In this document: positions 38,933 through 46,268 of the stretch, piece after piece
How the letters are laid out: each line of letters begins with the position of its first letter
Numbering within the stretch: position 1 is the stretch's first letter
DNA from: Cytophagales bacterium
Lineage (GTDB): Bacteria > Bacteroidota > Bacteroidia > Cytophagales > MED-G16
Assembly: GCA_045568775.1 (NCBI GenBank)
Contig: JBJLAJ010000003.1
Coordinates: forward strand, 129,123-193,122
Length of the DNA stretch: 64,000 nucleotides
Direction: 5' to 3'
Notes under the pieces: generated by a model
The model's database searches: none
The model's input: only the letters and a program-made list of their open reading frames with translations
What the model was told of the DNA's origin: nothing
Program-made: the position numbers and the translations under genes

Positions 38933-39328
38933 ATGTCTTCAATTTTCACAAAAATAATAAATAGAGAAATTCCAGCGTATATCTTACATGAAAATAAAAA
39001 TTTTATTTCTATTCTTGATATAAACCCTTTAACTCATGGTCATTCATTAGTTATTCCAAAAGTAGAGACCGATTATTTTTTTGAGTTAGATGATATATAC
39101 CTAAGTAAAATAATGGTTTTTTCAAAAGTAGTATCTAACGCTCTTTCAAAGAGTGTTAGTTGTGAGCGTGTTGGTCTATCAATTGTTGGTCTAGAAGTTC
39201 CTCATGCTCATGTACATTTAATACCATTTAATAATGAAAAAGAAATGAGTTTTTCTAATGAAAGACTAAACTTTTCAGAAGATCAATTTTTAGAACTACA
39301 GAAAAAAATTATAAAAAATTTAAATTAA
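38933..39328 (+). CDS. HIT-family (histidine triad) nucleotide hydrolase
   Basis: 131 aa. HAHVHLIP histidine triad. Confidence 0.9.
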   Translation: MSSIFTKIINREIPAYILHENKNFISILDINPLTHGHSLVIPKVETDYFFELDDIYLSKIMVFSKVVSNALSKSVSCERVGLSIVGLEVPHAHVHLIPFNNEKEMSFSNERLNFSEDQFLELQKKIIKNLN

Positions 39329-39868
39329 TTTTTCTGGGTTAGAAATTATATATTGTTTCCAGGATTTTTTTGTTGTTTGATTATTTGATTTTTGATATAA
39401 ATGACATAAGGCAGCTCCTAAAGCATCAGAAGCATCAAGCTTTTTTGAGTCTTTAATTTCAATATTTAATATTTTTTGAACCATTTTATTTAATTGTTCT
39501 TTTGAGGCATTACCGTTTCCAGTAACAGCTTGTTTTATTTTTTTTGGAGCATATTCTGTAATACTTATGTTATTTATCTCTCCAGCTACCATAGCTACAC
39601 CTTGTGCTCTTCCTAATTTCAACATAGATTGAACATTTTTACCATAAAAAGGTGATTCTATTGATATGTCATGAGGTTTAAATTCATTTATTAAATTATT
39701 TACTGTATTAAAAATAATTTTCAATTTTTTTAAATGACTTTTCTCTTTGCTCATCTTAATTACTCCATATTGTAATACCTTTAAATTTTGATTTTTATTA
39801 CTAATAACGCCAAAACCCATAATATTAGTTCCTGGGTCAAGTCCTAAAATAATTTTATCCGAAGCCAT
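39320..39868 (-). CDS. ruvC: crossover junction endodeoxyribonuclease RuvC
   Basis: 182 aa. ILGLDPGTNIMGFGVI N-terminus (catalytic Asp) and C-terminal DASDALGAALCH. Confidence 0.92.
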   Translation of the reverse strand: MASDKIILGLDPGTNIMGFGVISNKNQNLKVLQYGVIKMSKEKSHLKKLKIIFNTVNNLINEFKPHDISIESPFYGKNVQSMLKLGRAQGVAMVAGEINNISITEYAPKKIKQAVTGNGNASKEQLNKMVQKILNIEIKDSKKLDASDALGAALCHLYQKSNNQTTKKSWKQYIISNPEKLI

Positions 39869-39928
39869 AATGTGAATATATTATTATTAATTTCACGATC
39901 ATAAAAACTATTAATTAATTTAAAAATA

Positions 39929-40705
39929 GTGAATAAATCTTTCATTGACTCTCATGCTCATATCTACCTTAAAGATTTTTCGAATCAATTAGGTGCAATT
40001 ATTGATAATTCTATTAACAATAATGTTGAGAAGATATTAATGCCTAATATTAATTTAAAAACAGTTAATCCAATGAAAAAATTATCCTTAAAGTATGAGG
40101 GTAGATGTTTTTCTATGCTGGGGTTACATCCTTGTTATGTAGAAGGTAATTATGAAAAAGAAATAAACGAAATCTTTGATTTTTTTGATTCTAAAGTTAT
40201 TGCTATTGGAGAAATAGGGCTTGATTATTATCAGTCAGAAAAAACTTTTACTAATCAATTAAGAGCTTTTGAATTACAATGTGAGTTTGCTATTGATAAA
40301 AAATTACCTATTGTCATACATACAAGAAACTCTATAGATGAATCGATAAATGTTATTAAAAGGTATTCTAATAAAAATATTACAGGTGTTTTCCATTGTT
40401 TTACTGGAAATTTAAAACAAGCTAATCAAATTATTGACCTTGGTTTTAAAATTGGAGTAGGAGGGATATTAACATTTAAAAACTCTGATTTAAAAAATGT
40501 GATATCAAAAATTGATTTGTCTTCAATTTTGCTTGAAACAGATAGTCCTTATCTTTCCCCAGAACCAAAAAGAGGTAAAGTAAATGAACCTTCAAATATT
40601 AAATATGTTGCGGAAAAATTATCAGAAATATTATCTGTTCCTATTGAATTAGTTGCAAAAGTTACTTCACAAAATGTAAATAATTTATTTGATTTGTCTT
40701 CTTAA
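39929..40705 (+). CDS. TatD-family metal-dependent hydrolase
   Basis: 258 aa, GTG start. IDSHAHI, IGEIGLDY, VIHTR and ETDSPYL motifs. Confidence 0.9.
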   Translation: MNKSFIDSHAHIYLKDFSNQLGAIIDNSINNNVEKILMPNINLKTVNPMKKLSLKYEGRCFSMLGLHPCYVEGNYEKEINEIFDFFDSKVIAIGEIGLDYYQSEKTFTNQLRAFELQCEFAIDKKLPIVIHTRNSIDESINVIKRYSNKNITGVFHCFTGNLKQANQIIDLGFKIGVGGILTFKNSDLKNVISKIDLSSILLETDSPYLSPEPKRGKVNEPSNIKYVAEKLSEILSVPIELVAKVTSQNVNNLFDLSS

Positions 40706-40708
40706 TTT

Positions 40709-40797
40709 AGAGAGGTGGCCGAGCGGTCGAAGGCGCGCGCTTGGAAAGCGTGTATACGAAGTAATTCGTATCGAGGGTTCGAATCCCTTCCTCTCTG
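40709..40797 (+). tRNA. tRNA-Ser (anticodon GGA)
   Basis: Acceptor stem AGAGAGG/CCTCTCT, D arm GCC-GAGCGGTCGAA-GGC, anticodon stem-loop CGCGC-TTGGAAA-GCGTG, long variable arm, T arm GAGGG-TTCGAAT-CCCTT, discriminator G. CCA is not encoded. Confidence 0.9.
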
Positions 40798-40894
40798 CAA
40801 AAATTTCAATCATAAAAATTTATGTTATAATTTTTATATTAATACGAAATCTTTATTTTTGAAAAATTCTATATTAAAAATAACACATTTAACT

Positions 40895-41737
40895 ATGAAA
40901 AAATTATTTACATTAATATTAACATTTAGTCTCTTGACTTTCTCAAATGTTACTTATTCTCAAGAAGAAGAGCAAGTAGCTGATACTGAAATGCAAGAAG
41001 ATACTTCATCATCAGTTATTGTTGACTCTGCAACTGAAATAATGAATACTGTTCAATTTGTTGAAGAAGAGGAGATTGAAGAAGTAGTAGAAGAGTCTCA
41101 ATCTTTTCATTATGCCATAAAAGAACAATTTATACAAGGAGGCTGGCAATTTATGGGTATTGTACTATTATGTCTAATTTTAGGTCTTGCAGTTGCTATT
41201 GAAAGAATTATAACTCTAAATCTTGCTACGACTAATACAAATAAATTATTATCAGATATTGATGATGCACTTTCTAATAAGGGTGGTGTTGAATCAGCTA
41301 AAGAAATTTGTAAAAATACAAGAGGCCCTGTAGCTTCTATATTTGTTCAGGGACTTATGAGAGCATCTGAAGGTATTGATATGGTTGAAAAATCAATTAT
41401 ATCGTATGGTTCAGTAGAAATGGGAAAACTTGAAAAAGGCATGGTATGGATTTCTTTATTTATTTCACTTGCACCAATGCTTGGTTTCATGGGTACTGTA
41501 ATAGGTATGATTGGAGCGTTTGATGCTATAGCGGAAGCTGGAGATGTATCTCCTTCGCTTGTTGCGGGTGGTATTAAGATTGCACTTCTTACAACAGTTG
41601 GTGGTTTGATTGTTGCTGTTATTCTACAATTATTTTACAATTATCTTGTATCTAAAATAGATTCTTTGGTTAATACTATGGAAGATGCATCTATATCATT
41701 GGTAGATATTCTAGTTAAAAACAAACTTTCTAAATAA
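40895..41737 (+). CDS. exbB: MotA/TolQ/ExbB proton-channel protein with signal peptide and acidic N-terminal extension
   Basis: True start MKKLFTLILTF at 40895; the ORF-track start at 40715 lies inside the tRNA. TM helices and the LAPMLGFMGTVIGMIGAF motif. Confidence 0.85.
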   Translation: MKKLFTLILTFSLLTFSNVTYSQEEEQVADTEMQEDTSSSVIVDSATEIMNTVQFVEEEEIEEVVEESQSFHYAIKEQFIQGGWQFMGIVLLCLILGLAVAIERIITLNLATTNTNKLLSDIDDALSNKGGVESAKEICKNTRGPVASIFVQGLMRASEGIDMVEKSIISYGSVEMGKLEKGMVWISLFISLAPMLGFMGTVIGMIGAFDAIAEAGDVSPSLVAGGIKIALLTTVGGLIVAVILQLFYNYLVSKIDSLVNTMEDASISLVDILVKNKLSK

Positions 41738-42075
41738 TGATATTATTAGATCTAGTTGACGTTATTTTATATTTCGGTTACGGAATGGTAATGGTGGGAG
41801 CTATTTTAGCAATTGGCTTTCCATTGTGGATAGCTTCAAAGAACCCTAAATCATTAGTAGGTACCGGAATTGGATTAGGCTCTATTCTTGTGTTATTTTT
41901 AATAGCCTGGTTAATTTCTGGTAGTGAAGTTTATTCTAGTTACAGTGAATTTGGAGTAGATGCTTCTCTTTCTAAATTTATTGGTGGAATGTTGATACTT
42001 GTTTATATGTTAGTTGGTTTAGCTCTTTCCGGAATTATCTACTCTGAGGTTACCAAATCTTTAAAAAATGGCTAG
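41737..42075 (+). CDS. small integral membrane protein (3 predicted TM helices), function unknown
   Basis: 112 aa, hydrophobic throughout. ATGA-type overlap with exbB and an 8-nt overlap with the next exbD. Confidence 0.55.
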   Translation: MILLDLVDVILYFGYGMVMVGAILAIGFPLWIASKNPKSLVGTGIGLGSILVLFLIAWLISGSEVYSSYSEFGVDASLSKFIGGMLILVYMLVGLALSGIIYSEVTKSLKNG

Positions 42076-42706
42076 AAAAAACAGACCTACTGCGGAAATT
42101 CCTAATGGATCAATGGCTGATATTGCTTTTCTTCTATTAATATTTTTCTTGGTTACTACAACTATAGCGAATGATAAAGGTATTGCAATGTTATTACCTC
42201 CAAAACCTGATCCTAATCAACCACCGCCTGAGGTTACAGAAAATGCTAGAAATATATTTAAGATTTTAGCTAATTCTCAAGATAAGTTATTGGTGGAGGA
42301 TGAACCATTAACAGATGTGTTTGAATTAAGGGAGATGGTAAAGAGTTTTATTTTAAATTTTGGTAGTCCAGGAGAAGAGGGTGTTGAAATATACAATAGC
42401 TTGCCTGCTTCTATGAAATCTTATATTTCTTTGAATGGAAGAAAGGTAGATTCTTCAGATGATCCAAAGACAGCAATAGTTTCTTTTAAGGCTGATAGGG
42501 GTACTTCATATGAACTATATGTTCAAGTTCTTGATCAAGTAAATGCAGCATATAACGATGTTTATGGTGAAAGGATAGGCTTATCTGCTTCTGAGTTTTT
42601 ACAACTTGATAGAGATGATCCAATTCAAGATAAAAAATACTTGGCTGCTAGACAGGGTATACCACGTGCTATCTCAATTGCTGAACCTAATAAAATTGTA
42701 AACTAA
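42068..42706 (+). CDS. exbD: ExbD/TolR-family biopolymer transport protein (long form)
   Basis: 212 aa. N-terminal MADIAFLLLIFFLVTTT anchor and periplasmic domain. Confidence 0.8.
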   Translation: MARKNRPTAEIPNGSMADIAFLLLIFFLVTTTIANDKGIAMLLPPKPDPNQPPPEVTENARNIFKILANSQDKLLVEDEPLTDVFELREMVKSFILNFGSPGEEGVEIYNSLPASMKSYISLNGRKVDSSDDPKTAIVSFKADRGTSYELYVQVLDQVNAAYNDVYGERIGLSASEFLQLDRDDPIQDKKYLAARQGIPRAISIAEPNKIVN

Positions 42707-43167
42707 TGGCTAAATTTGGAAAAAAATCAAATACTTCTCAGGATATTCCTACTGCTGCTTTACCTGATATAATATTCATGTTATTGTTTTTCTTTATGGT
42801 AACTACAGTACTTAGGGAGACGGATATTTTAGTTAAACAGAAGTTGCCTAAGGCTGCTCAATTATCTAAACTAGAAAGAAAGTCTCTAGTTAGTTACATA
42901 TATATAGGAGAACCAAAACAAAGTAATTTATTTGGTAAAGAACCAAAAATTCAGGTTAATGATGTTTTTGTTGAGGTTGATGAAATAGTACAATTTGTTA
43001 ACCAAGAAAAAGACAAGTTGAATGAAGCTGAAAGGGATCAGATAACCATGTCCTTGAAGGTTGATGTTGAATCAAAGATGGGAATTGTTTCTGATGTTCA
43101 ACAAGAGCTCAGAGATGCTAATGCTAGAAAAATTCTTTATAGTTCTGTCCAGTCGATAGATATTTAA
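42706..43167 (+). CDS. exbD: ExbD/TolR-family biopolymer transport protein
   Basis: 153 aa. LPDIIFMLLFFFMVTTV anchor. Confidence 0.8.
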   Translation: MAKFGKKSNTSQDIPTAALPDIIFMLLFFFMVTTVLRETDILVKQKLPKAAQLSKLERKSLVSYIYIGEPKQSNLFGKEPKIQVNDVFVEVDEIVQFVNQEKDKLNEAERDQITMSLKVDVESKMGIVSDVQQELRDANARKILYSSVQSIDI

Positions 43168-43199
43168 TTTAAATAAGAGGCTAATTTCTTATTTAAATT
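43166..43199. repeat. perfect 13-bp inverted repeat filling the exbD-MFS intergenic gap
   Basis: AATTTAAATAAGA (43166-43178), 8-nt loop GGCTAATT, TCTTATTTAAATT (43187-43199). Runs from inside the exbD stop codon to the base before the MFS ATG. Confidence 0.8.
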
Positions 43200-44489
43200 A
43201 TGATTCAAAGCTTAAGTTCATATAATAAAAAAATCAATGCCTGGTGTATGTATGACTGGGCTAACTCTGTCTACTCATTAGTAATAACTACTGCAATATT
43301 TCCTATTTTCTATAATTCTGTGACTACAAGTGATTCTGGGTCTGATATTGTAAATTTTTTTGGTATTAATATAGTCAACTCAGTACTTTACTCATACTCT
43401 CTTTCATTCTCTTTTTTATTATTGACATTTTTTCAGCCAATCTTATCAGGAATAGCAGATTATTCTGGAAATAAGAAATTTTTCTTAAGACTTTTTATGT
43501 ATATGGGGTCTTTATCTTGTATGTCATTATATTTTTTTGAAGGTCATAATGTAGAATTTGGAATTATATGTTCTGTTTTAGCTAGTATTGGATTTACTGG
43601 AAGTTTAGTTTTTTATAATGCTTTCTTACCAGAAATATCTGAGGCAAAAGATTTTGATAAAATAAGTGCTAGAGGTTATAGTTTTGGATATGTTGGAAGT
43701 GTTATTCTTCTAATTATATGTTTAGTTTTAATTCAAAATTATGAGTATTTTGGTTTTTCTGATTCCAAAAATGCAACTCAATTTACTTTTTTATTAGTTG
43801 GTATATGGTGGATATTATTTTCTCAGTTAACTCTTTATTTTATTCCTGAGAAATCTAATAAAATTGATTTATCAAAAAAGATTTTATTATTTGGAGCCAA
43901 TGAGTTAATAAAGGCATGGAACTATATAAAAAATATTAGAGATTTAAAATTATATCTATTTTCATATTTTTTCTATAGCATGGGAGTGCAAACTATTATG
44001 CTAGTTGCTTCTTACTTTGGTGACAAAGAATTAAAGTTAGAGCAGTCCAAGTTAATTATGACTATTTTAATAATTCAGATAATTGCTATTTTTGGTGCTT
44101 ACTTTTTTGCTTATATATCTAAATTAAAAGGTAATAGATTCTCTTTAGTTGTGATGAATATTTGTTGGATATTTATATGTTTTTCAGCTTATTATACTAC
44201 AAATGAAAATCAATTTTATTTATTAGCATTAGGTGTCGGAATTCTAATGGGAGGTATACAGTCTTTATCAAGATCTACCTTTTCAAAATTAATTCCATCC
44301 AATAGGACTGATAATGCTTCTTTTTTTAATTTTTATGCTATCACTTATAATATTTCAGTTGTAATTGGAACTTTTACTTATGGTTATATTGAGCAATTAA
44401 CTGGAAGTATGAGAACTAGTATTTTAGCTCTAATGGGGTTTTTTATTATTGGACTTATTTTCTTAATCTTTACAAAAATTAAAAAATGA
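43200..44489 (+). CDS. MFS transporter (UMF1/Atg22-like)
   Basis: 429 aa, about 12 TM helices. N-terminal WCMYDWANSVYSLVITTAIFPIFY is typical of the UMF1 family. Confidence 0.7.
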   Translation: MIQSLSSYNKKINAWCMYDWANSVYSLVITTAIFPIFYNSVTTSDSGSDIVNFFGINIVNSVLYSYSLSFSFLLLTFFQPILSGIADYSGNKKFFLRLFMYMGSLSCMSLYFFEGHNVEFGIICSVLASIGFTGSLVFYNAFLPEISEAKDFDKISARGYSFGYVGSVILLIICLVLIQNYEYFGFSDSKNATQFTFLLVGIWWILFSQLTLYFIPEKSNKIDLSKKILLFGANELIKAWNYIKNIRDLKLYLFSYFFYSMGVQTIMLVASYFGDKELKLEQSKLIMTILIIQIIAIFGAYFFAYISKLKGNRFSLVVMNICWIFICFSAYYTTNENQFYLLALGVGILMGGIQSLSRSTFSKLIPSNRTDNASFFNFYAITYNISVVIGTFTYGYIEQLTGSMRTSILALMGFFIIGLIFLIFTKIKK

Positions 44490-44495
44490 TGATTG

Positions 44496-44939
44496 ATGAT
44501 CAATTTAAATATCCCTGATCAAAACATTAAACTTCAAACTATAAATTCAAAAACTTATGTTTTTGATTTTCTAAGAAAGAAGAAGTTAATATTAACTCCA
44601 GAAGAATGGGTTAGGCAGAACTTAGTTAGTCACCTGGTAAATGATTTGAATTATCCAAAGGGATTAATTAAGACTGAATCTTCACTAAAGTATAATAAAT
44701 TAAATAAAAGGGCAGATATTATAGTTTTAGATAGAAGTATGAATAATTTTATGGTTATAGAATGTAAATCTTATAAGTTAAATCTTAATAAATCAAATTT
44801 AAATCAGGCAGCAGTTTATAATAAAGTCTACAGGAGCAGATACTTAATGTTATCAAATGGGATAAAACATGTGATTTGTGAATACAACTGGGATGATGAA
44901 TCTTTTACTTTTCTAGATTCTATACCAAAATATAATTAA
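44496..44939 (+). CDS. stand-alone HsdR_N-like (PD-(D/E)xK nuclease fold) domain protein
   Basis: About 147 aa. EEWVRQNLV..., RADIIVLD...FMVIECK (D...E-x-K). The first ATG is 44496; the ORF-track start at 44493 is TTG. Confidence 0.6.
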   Translation: MINLNIPDQNIKLQTINSKTYVFDFLRKKKLILTPEEWVRQNLVSHLVNDLNYPKGLIKTESSLKYNKLNKRADIIVLDRSMNNFMVIECKSYKLNLNKSNLNQAAVYNKVYRSRYLMLSNGIKHVICEYNWDDESFTFLDSIPKYN

Positions 44940-46048
44940 ATCAAAGAGTTAATATTACAATACTCTCTATTAAATGCTTCAGAAACATTTTTATTTACAA
45001 TTTTTCCTGAAATCACATTAACTCCTGTTCTTATTTCTAAATTTTCTTTTGATGCCTTCTCCCAGCCTTTATTAGCTATTTCAATAAGATAGGGTAGTGT
45101 TCTGTTGGTTAAGGCATAAGTTGATGTATAAGGTACTGCTCCTGGCATATTTGCGACACAATAATGAAGAACATTATCAATAGTAAATACTGGATTTTCA
45201 TGAGTTGTAGGAGTTGAGGTTTCAAAGCACCCACCTTGATCAATTGCTATATCAACTAATACACAGCCTGGTTTTAATTTTTTTAATAAACTTTTAGAAA
45301 TAAGTTTTGGAGCTTTAGCACCAGGAATAAGAACTGCCCCAATAATTAAATCACTATCAATAGCTTCTTGTTCAATTACATTTTTATTTGATTTTATGTA
45401 TTTTGCTTTATCTCCAAAAAGTTCATTAAGCTCTCTAATTCTTTGATCATTAGTATCTAAAATAGTAACATTTGCACCAAGTCCAATTGCCATCTTTGCT
45501 GCTTCAGTGCCTGATATTCCCCCGCCAATTATGAGGACATTAGCAGGCTCAACTCCAGTAACTCCTCCTAATAAAATTCCTCTTCCACCCATTGGTTTCT
45601 CAAGATATTTTGCACCTTCTTGAGTGGCCATTCTTCCAGCTACTTCTGACATTGGAACTAGCAGTGGTAGGTTTCTCTGCTCATCTTCAACAGTTTCATA
45701 TGCTATACAAATTGATTTACTTTTTATCATAGCATCAAGCAGAGGTTCATGTGAAGCAAAATGAAAGTAAGTGAAGACAATTTGATCTTTCTTTATTAAG
45801 CTATATTCTTCTTCTATGGGTTCTTTAACTTTTAATATTAGATCAGAAATATTAAAGATAGATTTATTGTCATTTACTATTTTTCCACCAGCACTTATAT
45901 ATTCTTGGTCCGTAAAACTTGAGTTTAGTCCGGCATTTTTTTCAATGAAAACTTCGTGGCCATTAGATATTAATTCTCTAACACCTAAAGGAGTGATTGA
46001 AACTCTAAATTCATTGTTTTTTATTTCTTTAGGTACACCTATTTTCAT
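44936..46048 (-). CDS. ald: alanine dehydrogenase
   Basis: MKIGVPKEIKNNEFRV N-terminus, VLIIGGGISGTEAAKMA NAD fold. The start is taken as ATG 46048 rather than the TTG at 46057. Confidence 0.93.
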   Translation of the reverse strand: MKIGVPKEIKNNEFRVSITPLGVRELISNGHEVFIEKNAGLNSSFTDQEYISAGGKIVNDNKSIFNISDLILKVKEPIEEEYSLIKKDQIVFTYFHFASHEPLLDAMIKSKSICIAYETVEDEQRNLPLLVPMSEVAGRMATQEGAKYLEKPMGGRGILLGGVTGVEPANVLIIGGGISGTEAAKMAIGLGANVTILDTNDQRIRELNELFGDKAKYIKSNKNVIEQEAIDSDLIIGAVLIPGAKAPKLISKSLLKKLKPGCVLVDIAIDQGGCFETSTPTTHENPVFTIDNVLHYCVANMPGAVPYTSTYALTNRTLPYLIEIANKGWEKASKENLEIRTGVNVISGKIVNKNVSEAFNREYCNINSLI

Positions 46049-46243
46049 ATGGCACAAATATGATATTTTTAAATATATTTAATTAATAATTTTTTTAATT
46101 TTTTAATTTTTCAATTTTTATATATTTCAAAATATTATTTGGCAAAACACAGATTAAAATAATATAATTCTTTTATCTGTCTAAATAGATAATATTATAC
46201 TATATAAATAAAATATATAAAATTTATTTAATCTCTTTTATTA

Positions 46244-46251
46244 TATATTTG
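46244..46251 (+). promoter_or_regulatory. candidate -7 element (TATATTTG) for the E1 dehydrogenase gene
   Basis: Matches the Bacteroidota TAnnTTTG consensus, 18 nt upstream of ATG 46269. There is no good -33 TTTG. Confidence 0.3.
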
Positions 46252-46268
46252 CACTTGTTATTTAATAT

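Noticed and set aside
40715-40894. N-terminal 60 codons of the ORF-track protein 40715..41737 (MAERSKARAWKACIRSNSYRGFESLP...)
   Set aside because: This stretch is the tRNA-Ser gene read as protein. The real ExbB-like CDS starts at ATG 40895 with a normal signal peptide.
40709-44939. Genomic island integrated at tRNA-Ser
   Set aside because: There is no integrase, no direct repeat of the tRNA 3' end, and no visible compositional shift. The downstream genes are ordinary ExbBD and MFS genes.
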